This document shows positions 1-13,607 of a stretch of DNA of 64,000 bases, piece by piece (the stretch's first letter is position 1; the number at the start of each line of letters is the position of its first letter). A program made the position numbers and the translations under genes. Origin of the DNA: Scyliorhinus canicula. Its lineage: Eukaryota. A model generated the notes under the pieces. It made no database searches. It worked only from the letters and a program-made list of their open reading frames with translations, and had not been told where the DNA came from. The stretch spans positions 185,716,267-185,780,266 of the forward strand of contig NC_052147.1 in the NCBI RefSeq assembly GCF_902713615.1, given 5' to 3'.

Positions 1-405
1 TTAAGCACTTTTGGGCTCACATAGCACTGACACAATCATTGCTATTGGACATAATTTTGAGGCCTAAAAGTTCGAGCATCAACAAAAATGTGTGCATTAC
101 CATGGTTCAACTGTTATTCTACTTTGTCTCCTTTAAAGAGATCCTACCATAAATTAAAAGTCCACATTAAAAAAGGATTGTTTTCAAAGCAGCTGTATTC
201 AATTTAGTGTCAGAATCCAAAGATTGACCCATAAGTGCAAATATGGGGGAATGGAGGGTCCCTGAGTGGGGGCCATCGTTGTTTGTCAGGCTCACACCCT
301 CTCACAATTCCTTACAGATATTGAAAGGTATGGACAGTATTTTGGACCCCGCAGAACAGGCCGTAGTGGTGCTGCTGACGGAGAACGCGGCAGCAGCATC
401 TGCAG

Positions 406-1740
406 ATGCTCGAGGAGGCGGCCCATGTGCCAGAACCCGCCCCACACCCTGAGAACCCGGCCACCCATCAGGCCATGGTGAGATCCAGAGGGGGGGGCTC
501 GCGATGGTCCAGGGTGTGCAGGCATCACTGGTTGTTGAAGCAGATGATGGACAGTGCATGCCGCAGGAGACTCCGTCTCAAAAAGGAGACGGTGCGGCAC
601 CTGTGCCATGTCCTTGCAGACTTGGCACCATGTGGAGGAGATGGACACCCACTTTCTATGGCTGTCAAGGTCACCGCAGCCCTGAAAGTTTACACCTCGG
701 GATTCTTCCAGAGCTTGAGCCGGGATGGTGTGGCATCTCGCAGGTTAAAGCCCACAGTTGCATCCACCAAAAGGTCACGGTGCCCGGTTTGCACGGGCGG
801 GAAACTACATCAACTTTGACATGGACCAATCCCGCACAAGATACCTGGGGCAGCAGGATTCTCCGCCATCACTGGGATGCCCCAGGTCCCAGGGCTAAAG
901 ACTGCATGATTATCGCTTTGCAGGCACCAAGCCAGCAGAGAGTGCCCTACAGGAAGGGGTTCTATTCCCTAAACATCCAGCTAGTCTGTCACGACCACAT
1001 GCAGACCATGCAAGTGTGTGCATGTTTCACAGGGAATCTGCACGACAGTTACATCCTGGGTAAGTCAGACATTCCTGGATCTTCAAGGGCTACCCCAGGA
1101 TGAATGGTTGGCACTTGGGTGATAAGGGGTACCCGCTGAGGACCTGGCTAATGATGCCAGTACCCCAGTTGCTCCGGTTTCTTCCCACAGTCCAAAGATG
1201 CGCAGGTTAGGTGGATTGGCCATGATAAATAGGCCCTTGGTGTCCAGAAGGTCAGGTGGGGTTACTGGGTTACAGGGACAGGGTGAAAGCATGGGCTTAA
1301 ATAGGGTGCTCTTTCCAAGGGCCAACTCAAGGGGCTGAATGACCTTCTTCTGCACTGTAAATCCTATGATACTGAAGCCGGAGACCGAAGCGGAGACCCG
1401 ATACAACAAGACCCATGCTTAAAATGCATTTCCGAGGCCTCAACTGCTCTGGTGATGCCCTGGAGAACACCCTCCAAGAGGATCGCCCTCTTGGTGGTGA
1501 TCTGTTGTGTCCTCCACAACCTGGCACAGCAGTGGTGCCATATTCTGGAGGAGGGATGAGGAACCTGTGGCCAGCTCCAAGGGGGAGGAAGAGGACGATG
1601 AGGTAGCGACAGACCAGCAGAGGTTGGAGGATGATCCTGGGGATGAACATCCAGAGGCTGCATGACAGTCGGAAGCGGTGAGGTTCTGTCAAGCTCGGTC
1701 AGCCAGGGAGGCCCTCATACCCACTCGCTTCACATAGGAT
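406..1740 (+). pseudogene. Decayed PIF/Harbinger (HARBI1-like DDE) transposase
   Basis: Frame-hopping motifs: RRLRLKKETVRHLCHVL, AVKVTAALKVYTSG, GISQ, DCMIIALQAP, RKGFYSLNIQLVC, NLHDSYIL, LGDKGYP (~1114-1134), LKMHFRGL, CCVLHNL (~1502-1522). Has stops and frameshifts and is interrupted by a SINE fragment at ~1168-1370. Confidence 0.85.
1168..1370 (+). mobile_element. 5'-truncated HE1-type V-SINE inserted in the Harbinger transposase
   Basis: V-core GCTCCGGTTTCTTCCCACAGTCCAAAGATG...GGATTGGCCATG plus CR1-like tail ending CTGTAAATCCTATGA. Confidence 0.8.
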
Positions 1741-1932
1741 GTAGCCTGGTCCATCATCCCTGGCTTCCTCAACCCATTCCCCCTATTTCCCACCCTCCCA
1801 TGGTATGTTACATCAATACAGGGAGCTAGGACTGTGTCAGCACCATCAGCGGGTCACTGTCGAGGATACGGTGGGGGGGGGGGGGGGGGGGGGTGTGATG
1901 ATAACCCATAGAGAGCTGAGCGCCGATGCTCC

Positions 1933-3355
1933 TCAATCTATGCCATAGTTTGACTCTGACTGTATGCTGAGTGCTTGCTCACACCCATGACCTGCACGTG
2001 GTGTTGCCAGGGTGGGGCTCCCTATTGTCTGCACCATCATGTCAACACCCTGGGCGATGCTTCTCAGTGAATGGGACATGCGCTGCAGCACCTCGGCAAT
2101 TTCCACCTGCGATTGGGATGAGGATGAGCTCCGCAGCGCCTCGGCCATTCTGAGAGCGGGACATGTCCCACAATACCGCATCAAGTTCAGCCTTATACTG
2201 GGTCACGTCCCCCAGCGAGTCGGACATTCTGCCGAGGCCCTCACCGACTGCGCCAAACCTTGACACCTCTCTACTGCTGCTGACGTTGTGCACCAGACTT
2301 TCCACTGCGGTCACTACCCTAGCAGCGTTGGCCTCAGTGCCACGCATTTCCGGCGACATCGCATGCGCTCGAAGCCTCTGGGACTTCTCCAATCAGATAT
2401 GGACCTGCTGGAATGTTAATGACATCTTCCTCCGAATGTCGCGGCCACTCCATAATGTCTCCACCAGCTCCAGGATAGCCTGGTCTATAGGCGGTGCATC
2501 TGGTCGGGGCCCAGCTGAGTCCTGGACCCAGACCTACGACTGCTGTCTCGCATGGGAGTTCCTTCTCCACCTGATATGCATCATCAACTGCGTGGTGCTC
2601 ACCAGATTGTGGCCCAGAAGCTTGACCACTGATGTTGCCCATCGAGGTGTGTGTATCTGTGCTGGTGGAGGGTGGGGATGACAGCTGTGACGCATCAACT
2701 GTGGCATCCTCGGAGCTCTTCTCCGAGATGGTCTCAGACGTGGAGGCAGGGAAGGGGATCCATCCCAGATGGGCCAGTGCCATTGGCTGGAGGACCTGTG
2801 GGAGAGTGGACATGTGGCCAGTCTTAGGATGTTAGTAACTCACGTTTGACTGGTCCTCCGGGTGGGGCCTGGTGTATCCTCACCTCTGCGGCATGTGCCA
2901 ACCTCCGCATTGGTGACCACTCTGTCCGCGGCCACCCCCGTCATCTCCTGGGCGGTTCCTCGAATGTCATGGATATTTGTATATCCAGCACCCCTCTGTC
3001 TGTCTGGGCCCTCTCCCGATGATTGTGGGAGAGGGAGACACTGAGAGGACATTGTTAGCCACACGTGTGGTTCACAGTGGTTGGGATGTGGCAAAGGAAG
3101 GGTTGGGGGATACATGAGAGGTTTGGGGGTGGTGGAAATGCTTATGTGGGAATGGGAAGGTCTCGGGGGGGGGGGGGGGGGGGGGGGGGGCTTGTGGTGT
3201 CAATTCACCCGTGCTGCCAGTGTACGTCATTGACCTTCTTGTGGCCTCCTTGTCATGCTGCCCGAGCGGACGGCCGCTGCCACACCATCCCAGGTGGCAC
3301 TGGCTGCCCTGTCCCGGGAAACCTGACATCCCTCTTGGCGTCGACTGCATATAGG
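1933..3355 (-). pseudogene. Decayed Myb/SANT-like second gene of the same Harbinger element, convergent to the transposase
   Basis: Minus-strand pieces DAVDAKRD..., SATWDGVAAAVRSGSMTRR, KKVND (~3210-3355), then HNHRERAQTDRGVLDIQ (~2960-3030) and a coiled-coil-like tail (EIAEVLQRMSHSLRSIAQGVDMMVQT). This matches the Myb-like partner of vertebrate Harbingers. No TIRs seen. Confidence 0.65.
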
Positions 3356-3395
3356 AGCCTTGCCAGATATTTTATTTTTGATTTGGGGTTTATTT

Positions 3396-3719
3396 AGACA
3401 TAGACATAGAACAGTACAGCACAGAACAGGCCCTTCGGCCCTCGATGTACTCAAGCAAACATATCCAGTATACCCTATACCAGTAACCCAACAACCCCCC
3501 CCAACCAACCTTAAGACACTAAGGACAATTTAGCATGGCCAATCCACCTAACCCGCACATCTTTGGACTGTGGGAGGAAACCGGAGCACCCGGAGGAAAC
3601 CCACGCACCCACGGGGAGGACGTGCAGACTCCGCACAGACAGTGACCCAGCCTGGAATCGAACCTGGGACCCTGGAGCTGTGAAGCATTTATGCTAACCA
3701 CCATGCTACCGTGCTGCCC
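3396..3719 (-). mobile_element. HE1-type V-SINE (tRNA head, V core, CR1-like tail)
   Basis: Minus strand: GGGCAGCACGGTAGCATGGTGG (A box), GGTTCGATTCC (B box), V core, tail ending in CTATGT repeats. Confidence 0.9.
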
Positions 3720-6470
3720 AACATTTGTATGATTTATCACAGAAATAGGCATTTGGATTGCAGAGCAGCTTTGAGAAGCACAGAGAGAATCTACCAGGAG
3801 CTGTAGACCAACAACAGAGGGCTATCAGAAACCCAGGATGTGTTCTGATTTAAAGTCACGAAGCAAGAAGACAGTGAAGCCCTGGAACCGGGGAGTCTAC
3901 TGTCGTGAACTGGCTAAAGAGAGTTGGAGGTTCACCTAGCCAGATGCTGGTGGAACGACCCCAAGAAATATCATGCATTGGGGAATGGCAGAAATGCTAA
4001 TGGAATTCAGAATTCTGAGTCCCAGGCGAAGTGAAGGAAACATCAAGATCCTGTAAGGAATAGGAAAACTCTTAGGTGAAAATAAAAGTATAACTGGGAA
4101 TGGCTTGTTAAGATTTTTGGGCTTAACGAGTAAATGCTCACAAAATATCTTGCAAGTTAGTAGAACTTGCTTTGCATAGTACAGTAAAAGAGTTTTGATT
4201 TAAAACATGAAATCCTGTGGTGTGACCCTTTCAGTTAATAACTAGGTGTTCAAAATTCTTGAGTTACTCGTCTCCCACCAAGATCATAACACGTCAGCAG
4301 TTAAATTCTTAAAAACCAACTTGGACAAACTTTGAAAAGTGCTTCTTAAAACCAGTGTTTATGGACAAGATCGACTTTTAGTACAGATATTCCTATCAAC
4401 TGATCTCCATACTCTATTATCGATTTGTCCATAATTAATTCACTCATTAAATAAAATATTTTATAAAAAATATCAAGGATGGTGTAATTTACTATATTGC
4501 TGCTTAAGTATCACAATAATAGAAATCTTTAAAGAATGCCAAGGCGTCCATAAGCATCCTACACCAACAAGAATGCAATAATACATATGTGACACGTCTA
4601 CTGGATATCTAATAAAACCTTGAATGTCCAAAATGTAACTACAATTTTTCATACCACATGCAGAGGTAAACATTTCTGCAAAGCCAAACAACATGTAATT
4701 GTACTACCACTCAGCATTCTGGAGCTGCAAAATTACAGAATTAAAAACGAAAGGGGTCTTGGAAAGGTAGCACAATCAATATTTGATCAAGGTACACACC
4801 ATTTGGACAACATCCATGTAAGCTGTATCTAGCAAGTTTCAATATTTTCAGTAATGTCATCATAGCAGCTAAAGGCTTCTTAAAAATAGAAATTTCTAGG
4901 CATGGATGATTAAGTCGAATCAGTTGCAAGTTTGGAGATGTTTACACCATATTAATAGCTTCTACCAGGGCCTACAGTTGAGTAACATATTTGAAAATGC
5001 TGAAGCATCAACAAAATAAGCTAACTCGAAAAAATTCTGGCAGCTTTGACAGCGTAATACATCACAGAAAATCCGCCAAAGACAAAAGATCACTAAATAC
5101 TCTTGAGTTTTCCAATAAACTGACCGACAGCTACTGCCAATACCAAGTTAAATAACCCATGCACACAGCAAGTGAAGACACTTCTGATCCACAAATGTAT
5201 TCTGTACATGAATTACTCACATGAGCCAAAAGTTGACAGTCTGAAATTTTATTTTCAAATCTTCTAGCTTCAGAGATGTGAGATGGCTCTTATCTGGTAC
5301 AGTATTTTCATTACTGACTTTCAATAATGTTACAACTCAGTCCCCGCCAACCTTAGTTCAGACCGGCTCTTCCTTGTGGTCTTTCTGTAGTACTCTTGTC
5401 AAAACAATTATTTCACTAACTTCAAAGCTTAGCTGTCTCCTCCATTTATCACATCCATTTTCCACTCAATTACCCTCCATAATGGTGGGTTTTTTTGCTC
5501 TTTGTATCCAATTCTGATTCTCTAACTTCAGAGCTGCATTTCAAAGCTCCACAGTGACATATCAAGTACTTTTCAGATTTTCAGAGAACCTGTTGATAGG
5601 CTTTTCTCTGCCCTATAATGTGGTCAGCAAAATTATCAACGGCTTGTCCTTTCCTTCCCCGAACACTCAACATTCAATTGTTTCTCATTTTGTTCGGGGT
5701 CAAGTTGCTTGCCTCTCAGATTCTAGTTATAATGACAGGTTGTGACAGATGTGAATAATCATCTTTCTTTCCAGTTGTTGTTACGTATTTACAGTGCCTG
5801 GGTTGTAAACTTACATTTCTATCGGGTTTTTTTGTTCAACTCCACCAACCAACTTTGTAATTTACCGGGTAAATGAAAAATCAAACAGGCAAGTGGCATT
5901 CTACTTTAGTGGCACAGTAACACTGAAGGAACATATCTCTGGATCAGGGGGGAAAATGTGGAGGCTTCCTTTTTCTTCTCAATCGTTGAGTTTGTGAGAC
6001 TGTGAGGCGATGTTCAGAATCACAGAAAAATAGTGTGCAGAAAAGGCCCTTCGGCCCATCAAGTCTGTACCACTGCATTAAAGGTACCTGATCTTCCAAT
6101 CCTAATCTCACTTGCCAGCACTTGACCCATAGCCTCGTATGTTAAGACGTGACAAGTGCTCATCCAAGTACTTTTTAGAAGGATGTGAGGCAACCCGCCT
6201 CTACCACCCTCCTGGGCAGTGCATTCTAGACCGTCATCACCCTCTGGGTTAAAGCCCCCCTGAACCTCCGACCCCTCACCCTGAATTTGTGTCCCCTCGT
6301 AACTAACCCTTCAATGAAGAGGAACAGCTGTTCCTTATCCACCCTGTCCATGTCCCTCATAAGTTTGTACACTTTGATCAGGTCGCCCCTCAGTCTTCTC
6401 TGCTCCAGCGAAAATAATCCAAGCCTGTCCAACCTCTCTTCAAAACTAAAATGTTCCATCCCAGGCAACA

Positions 6471-6724
6471 TGTGATGATATGATCTGCATACTCGTCTGC
6501 CATTGGGCCAGAACGTCGGCTTACCATTGGCCCTGGTCGGTCATGTGCCTCTCGACCGATTGGCCGAGAGGCTGAGTTAACCACGCCTCTATCAACGAGG
6601 TATAAATGCTCAGAAGCCTGACGATCGTCCCTTTCCACTGTAGACGATCGCCAGGCTGTGTTCTAGTTAATTAAAGCCTGACTTTGGTAAATCACTCGCC
6701 TCACGTGCAATCGATGGTGCAGCA
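6471..6724 (+). mobile_element. Solo LTR
   Basis: TG...CA ends; 5-bp TSD CAACA (6466-6470 and 6725-6729) splits the CR1 cleanly; TATAAA at 6601; ATTAAA at ~6670. Confidence 0.85.
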
Positions 6725-7377
6725 CAACATTCTGGTGAAACGCCTCTGCACCCTCTCCAGTGCAATCACATCCTTCCTATAATGTGGTGACCAGAATTGC
6801 ACACAGTACTCCAGCTGTGGCCTCACCAATGTTCTATATAACTCCAACATTACTTCCTTGCTTTTGTAATCTACACCACAACTGATAAAGGCAAGTGTAT
6901 CATATGCCTTTTTCACCACCCTATTAACCTGCCCTTTTGCCTTCAGAAATCTATTTACAAATATGCCACAGCCACTTTGTTCTTCATCACTTCCCAGAGT
7001 GATGATATTCATTGAATATTTCTTTGTCAAAGCGCTCTTTTCAAAGTATACACCTCACACTTTTCAGGATTAAATTCAATCTGCCACTTTTCTGCCCATC
7101 CTGTCTATATCTTCCTGTAACCCATGACTCTCAGCCTCACTGTAACCACCCAACCTATCTTTGTGTCATCCGCAAACTTACTGATCCTCGCCCCACATGG
7201 TCATCCAAGTCATTTCTATAAATGGCGAATAATAGGGGACCCAGCTCAGATCCCTGTGGTACACTACTGGACACTGGCTTCCAGTCACTAAAGCAGCCAT
7301 CTGCCATCACCCTGTTTCTACAGCTCAGCCAGCTTTGAATCCATCTTATCAAGTTTCCCTGTATCCCATGTGCATTT

Positions 7378-7723
7378 CATAGAATTTACAGTGCAGAAGG
7401 AGGCCATTCAGCCTATCAAGTCTGCACCGGCCCTTGGAAAGAACACCCTACTTAAGCCCCACATGTCCACCCTATCCCCTTTCTCCCCGTAGCCCAGTAA
7501 CCCCACTTAAGATTTTTGGACATTAAGAGCAATTTAGCATGGCCCATCCACCCGACCTGCACACCTTTGGACTGTGGGGGGAAACCGGAGCACCCGGAGA
7601 AAACCCATGCACACATGGGGAGAACGTGCAGATTCCGCTCAACAGTGACCCAATCCGAGAATCAAACCTGGGACCCTGAAGCTTTGAAACAAATGTGCTA
7701 ACCACTGTGCTACCTTGCTGCCC
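7378..7723 (-). mobile_element. HE1-type V-SINE nested in CR1
   Basis: Same head, core and tail as 3396-3719. Confidence 0.88.
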
Positions 7724-9913
7724 TCTTGCCTTCTTTATATATCTCCCATGTGGGACCTTGTCAAATGCTTGCTGAAATCCATGTAAACTACATCAACTAC
7801 ACCATCCCCATCTACACACCTGGTCACATGCTCAAAAAATTCAATCAAATTTGTGAGGCATGACCTCCTTCTGACAATGCCATGCTGACTATTCATAATC
7901 AAACCTTGCCTCTCCAAGTGGGCATAGATTTCTCTGCTTCAGAATTTTCTCCATTAGTTTCCCCACCACTGACATGAGACTCACTGGCCTATAGTTCCCT
8001 GGCTTATCCCTATAGCCTTTCTTAAACAACGAGAACACATCCACAGTTTTCCAGTCCTCTGGCACCTCTCCCATGGCCAGAGAAGAATTAAAAATTTCGA
8101 TCAGGGCTCCTGCAATCTCCTCCCTTGCCTACCACAGCAACCTGGGTCACAGTTCGTCCAGACCTGGAGATTTCTCCACTTTTAAATCTGCCAACACCTG
8201 GAATACCTTGTCCCTCCCTATGACAACTTGCTCAATAACCTCACAGTCTCTCTCCCCAAGTTCCATGCCTGCATTCTCATTCTCTTGGGTGAAGACAGAT
8301 ATGAAATATTTATTTAACACCCAACCAATGTCCTCTGGTTCCACCCACAGATCCCCCCCCCCCCTTGTTTCCTCAAGGGCCCTACATTTTCTCCGAGTTA
8401 TCCTCTTCCCATTGATATACTTATAGAATATCTTGGGATTTTCCCTACTTTTAACAGCTAGAGATTTCTCATTTCCCCTTTTGCTCTCCTAATTACTTTC
8501 TTAAGCTCATCCTGCACTTTCTGAACTCCACTAATGCCTCTATTGATTGGCTTCCCTTGTACTCATTGTATCCTGAATATCTCTGGTCAACCATGGTTCT
8601 GAGCTTGTTACTCCTTCCTATTATCCGAGAGGGAACATGTTGGATCTGTACCCTCCCAATTTCCTCTCCCAACACCCCTCCCCCCACTGCTCTTCTGTAG
8701 ATCTCAGCACCAGTAACTTGTTTCAATCTAACCTTGGCCAGATCCTGCCTTATCTTACTAAAGTGTGCTCTCCCCCAATCCAAGATCTTTTTCTGCAATT
8801 TGTCTATTTCCTTGTCCATAACAAACTTAAATTGCACCATGTGTGGTCGCCATCACTAAAATGCTCCCTCACCATCACATCAACCACCTGTCCGGCTTCA
8901 TTGCCCAGAATTAGGTCCGGCACTGCACCATCCCTTGTTGGACCTTCCACATGTTGAGCTAAAAAGTTCTCTTGTGTACATTTCATGAACTCTGCTCCAT
9001 CTAAGCCCTTGAGACAATGACTATCTCAGTTAATGTTGGGAAAGTTGAAATCACCCACTATAAATCCGTGATTATTAATTTTACACACTTCTGCAAATTG
9101 CGCACAAATCTGCTCCTCAATTTCCCGCTGCCTATCTGGGGGTCTATAATAAATACCTAGCAATGTGGCTGTCTATTTTTTATTCCCAAACTCTACCCAC
9201 AAAGCTTCATTTAACGCCACCCCCAAGATAGCATCTCTCCTTACTGCAGTAATTGACTCCTTAACTAACAGTGCAATGCCTCCCCCTCTCTTGCCCCCTC
9301 CCCTGTCCCTCCTGAAGATTCTGTATCCCTGGATGTTAAGCTGCCAATCCTGCCCCTCCCTCAACCATGTCTCGTGATGACTACTATATAATTCCACGTT
9401 TCAACCCTCGACCTTAAATTTAAATCATCCGTTTTATTTTTATACACCCGGCATCAAAAGTAGAAGCCATTCAGCCTTGTCTTACTCTCCTGAAACTTAC
9501 TACTTGAAGTAAGATTGGCAAGTAACTTGCAATACATCTCATAGATAACACAAACTGCAGCTTAAAATGTGGAGAGGCTGAATAGTTTAGTGGCAGGATC
9601 ATTATTTGAGCAGTCAGCTCTGTTTGGTGGGATAGCTGCCCCAGCCATGGTGAATCTACCATCACGCACCTACCTCTGTGAATGGTGTCAGTTTCTTCAG
9701 GTCCTTCAGGTCAGGAGCTAAGCTGCATTTCACAGAATGTCCTGCATTTATACTTGTCTTGTAGCTAAACTGGTTCAGTTAAACTGCTGATTTATAGTAA
9801 TCCCAAGAACATTAATGACAAAGAGTGGTCCATAGGTCTCTAAATAGGAGGTAATGGAGAGTAAGGTGTGGGAGATTGAAATGGGATTTTGCACCCACGT
9901 CACCTTTTGCACT

Positions 9914-10333
9914 GTAAGAAGTCTTACAGCACCAGGTTAAATGCAACAGGTTAGCTTTAAACACGAGCTTTCGGAGCACTGCTCCTTCCTCAGGTGAATG
10001 AAGAGGTATGTTCCAGAAACATTTATATAGACAAAGTCAGAGATGCTAGACAATGCTTGGAATGCAAGCATTTGCGGGTAATCAATTCATTACAGATCCA
10101 GAGATAGGGGTAACCACAGGTTAAAGAGGTGTGAATTGTCTCAAGCCAGGACAGTTGGTAGGATTTTGCAAGTCCAGGCCAGATGGTGGGGGGTGAATGT
10201 AATGTGACATTAATCCAAGATCCCGGTTGAGGCCGCACTCATGCATGCAGAATTTAGCTATAAGTTTTTGCTTGACAATTCAGGACACGCAACAAAGCAG
10301 AATTGCCAACGCTGGCATCTCCACATCATGGCT
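9914..10333 (-). mobile_element. Penelope-like element 3' fragment
   Basis: Colinear with the GIY-YIG-bearing copy at 46027-46720. 12-bp TSD ACCTTTTGCACT (9902-9913 and 10334-10345). Short inverted terminal piece at ~10305-10330. Confidence 0.8.
9962..9996 (-). ncRNA. Minimal type I hammerhead ribozyme motif (Penelope-associated)
   Basis: Minus strand: CAC-CUGAGGA-A-GGAGC-AGU-GCUCC-GAA-AGCU-C-GUG. It has the CUGANGA and GAAA cores, a 5-bp stem II, a palindromic AGCU stem III and a CAC/GUG stem I. Confidence 0.75.
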
Positions 10334-10820
10334 ACCTTTTGCACTCACAGCGAACATGGTGCAAAATTGCCCTCAACATCATATTTTTTGTAAACCGTCA
10401 TCTCATGCCACCTGTTAAAATTTAGATATAAACCTAGTATAAAATCAGAATGAAATAGGTATAGGTTAATACTGACAGCATTGTTTTATGGAAATTTCTT
10501 AACATTTCATTTCTATAGAAACCAGGCTAATGGGATAATTAGTCTTGGGTAATGATAGCTAGCCTAAAAAGGGCCCATGGACAGAAAAGGCAATCTTGCA
10601 ATAATGAGAGAACAATTGTTAGATACTGAATGCAAAACAACTGCAGTACAGTGCTGTGTTAGGCTTTTCATTTAACCTCACTTAATTAAGTGATTAGTGT
10701 TTGGAAGTAGAATAAAGTAATTTTAGTAAACAATACCAGCCATTATGAACAGCTTGTTAATAGGTCTAACAAACAGCCTTAAACATAAATAACTGATAGT
10801 AGAATAAACATAATAGATTC

Positions 10821-10961
10821 TGGGTCAAAATCCTGGAACTCCCTTCCCAACAATGCCATTGGTGCAATTACACAACATAGGCTGCAGTGGTTCAAGAAGA
10901 AAGCTCACCACCTTCTCAAGGACAATTAGGGATAGGCAAGAAATTGTGGCCTAGCCAGTGA
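10821..10961 (+). mobile_element. 3' end of a second CR1/L2-group LINE family
   Basis: Near-identical tails recur at ~36140-36255/36556-36595, ~62760-62945 and inverted at ~20390-20520. Confidence 0.6.
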
Positions 10962-11379
10962 AAAAATAAAATAAAATTACAAATAATTAAACTTATGGGA
11001 TGTAGCTTGTTGCTGGTGAGGATGAAACTAGTCAACAAAAAAAACTTGATATGTAGTGAGAAAAAGATGAGGTAAGACTAAGAGTGCATGATAAAGGCCA
11101 GAAAGTATGTGAAAAGGCTCAAAAAGTTACTGGCAGATGAATGGCATTAAAAGCTGCATTTTCAACTCAAGGTTTAGACAAATAACTTGACATTTTAGGG
11201 GGTATTTTGAAATTCTGTGAGTCTAGGTCCTACTGCAATCAGTTGATACCATCCTCGCTGTCAGCCAGATCAAGTTTGGAACCATGGGAAAATTTAAACA
11301 TTTGATTCCGTATTTCAACATTAAAGATATTTATATATAATATATTTTGTCAAGAAATGCAGTGGTCCAATCACGGAGC

Positions 11380-11810
11380 CTTGGAAACACTACTGTCTGC
11401 CATCCACCGATCCTAAAACGATTTACCACAATTCACTGCTTCTGAACTTCAGTCCATGAGCCTGCATTTTGTAAACCAGCCTTTAATGTGACACTTTGTC
11501 ATAACTGTTCTTAAAATCCATTGAGACAACATCCATTACTTTCCTTTCATCAATCGTATTTGTTACTTCATCAAAAATTTCAATTAGATTAGTCAAGCAT
11601 GAATTGTCTTTTACAGACCCAGGCCGGTTATCCCTAATCTCTCCAAAAACCTGTTGGGATTATTTTTCCCGGGTTACTGTTCCTAAAACCTTAACCCACT
11701 ACAAATGCTTAACGGAGTGGCCTGTAGTTACTAGGAACAACCTTAGACCTTGAATAAGGGTTTTACATTTGCAACTCTCCAATACTCTGGCACCTCCCCA
11801 ATATCTCGGG
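11380..11810 (-). mobile_element. Old CR1 fragment
   Basis: Degraded match to the YRP / NLIEFF / DF regions of the CR1 at 7.7-8.1 kb. Confidence 0.55.
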
Positions 11811-13292
11811 AGCATTATAGCCCTTCTGCTTTCTCCACTCCATTCCGGGTTGAACTGAGGTCACCTTTATTGTCACATGAATTTGGCAAATGTCAGCTCC
11901 GCATGGGAATCCCATTCATCTCAGTTAAACTCAGCATTGAGTGGGGTCACGTGGAGCTACTGGTACCTGGTATTTGTTGGAAATGTAATCCCTTGCCTGC
12001 ACTCCATCCCGCCCCACTATGGCAGTTAAAATTCTTTAAACCACTTTAAACCAGGAACTTTAAGCAGGAAATGCAAACGACATATAAATAATTTACAGGG
12101 TGAAAACAAAGATTGGGAAAGAGAGAGAATATTTTTTCTTAAATTTTAATCTCCAGCGCAAAGCTTTAACATAAAATGAGACTCTATACTTGTAAAATTA
12201 CATTTTCAGAGCCAGAGGGGTAATTTGGCAGTAATTATCACTAATCACATTAAAATTGAATTTAATTATAATGCACCAACCCTAGATTTTTCTGGAATGA
12301 TTAATAGGTAATTATCACAACTTCACACCCATGCATGTGGGCGAGGCACTATTCCAGCACACCCAGTGAAGGAGCTTGGTTAATTGAGAAATTGACTTCT
12401 GGATTTTTGCTTTGAATAGCTTACATGCCGAAAGTTGCCGTCTGATTGACTCCATGATAACAATGGTAAAGGCTTTGACAGTCTTACCTTTATATTAGTG
12501 CAAAATCTTGACAATTATATAGGGCACACATTTCCAGTGGGAGTTCCATTTCAAACCAGAATACTGACTTGACCAGTAACAACTACTAATCATGTCAATA
12601 GGTGGTGCTGTGTTCTACTTTCCACAAAGAACTCAAAATGTTTTCCAAAAAATCTGGACCATTTGAAAGAATGAAATTATGTATTGCACAGTAGCATGTT
12701 TAAATTTATCCTAGAAATTGTCTTTTGTATATCTTAATACATCTGTTAAAGATTTTACTTCAGTTTCAGCTGGCCTCAAACCAGGTTTTGTCTGAAGATA
12801 TTTAGGTTAACAATTAGAAATCACATCTATGCATTCCGACCATATACCATCTACATAATTTCCTAGCATATAATTTGCACATTCAGATAAATTGATGGGT
12901 GAAAGGTGACCCTTTAGGACACTTTGCCTCTTCTAAAAGTTACTGAATCTTTCATTTCATGCAAGTGATGAAAAGCACAAAATTAACAATTGTATTTAAA
13001 CATCTAGGAGATAAACCATACCTGAGAGAGTGAAAACCTTTTAGCACTATGAACAACCCTATCAAGTCACCTGTTATCCTTTTCTGTAAAAAGGACAGTC
13101 CTAACTTTTCCATGTTATCCTTGTTACTGAATTATCTCATCACTGGCAACATCCTGGTAAATCTACTCTGAAATGGTGTGATCAGCAACAAGTTATTCTG
13201 GCTCCTTTTTTAATCTGTTGTTCAAATTATTATGGAATTAGTTTCTACCACTTTTCCGTCAGAGTGTTTTGCATACTAATAGAGAGCAGCTT

Positions 13293-13607
13293 TAGAACAT
13301 AGAACATACAGTGCGGAAGGAGACCATTCGGCCCATCGAGTCTGCACCGACCTACTCAAACCCTCACTTCCACCCCAACCCCGTAACCCAATAACTCCTC
13401 CAAATCTTTTTGGACACACAGGGCAATTTATCATGTCCAATCCACCTAACCTGCACGTCTTTGGACTGTGGGAGGAAACCGGAGCACCCGGGGGAAACCC
13501 ACGCAGGCAGGGGGAGAACGTGCAGACTCTGCACAGTGACCCAGCAGGGAATTGAACCTAGGACCCTGGCGCTGTGAAGCCACAGTGCTATTGCCTTGTG
13601 CTACCGT
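13293..13607 (-). mobile_element. HE1-type V-SINE
   Basis: Head, core and CR1-like tail as above. Confidence 0.88.

Larger units (their letters stand above)
6017..9400 (-). mobile_element. CR1-clade LINE, decayed (endonuclease to 3' tail), interrupted by a solo LTR and a SINE
   Basis: ETWLREGQDWQLNIQGY, GPTRDGAVPDLIL, KSPGLD, YRPVSLMSVVGK, SCLTNLIEFF, YMDFSK, VPQGSELGPLLF, LYRTLVRPQLEYCVQFWSP, LERVQRRFTRM, RLRGDLI. Confidence 0.92.

Noticed and set aside
406-1740. Domesticated host HARBI1 gene
   Set aside because: Multiple stops and frameshifts and a SINE insertion; linked to a decayed Myb partner.
3725-4291. Possible ERV-like LTR ending GATCATAACA (similar hints at ~17000-17900 and ~44960-45206)
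   Set aside because: Could not define both ends or a TSD.
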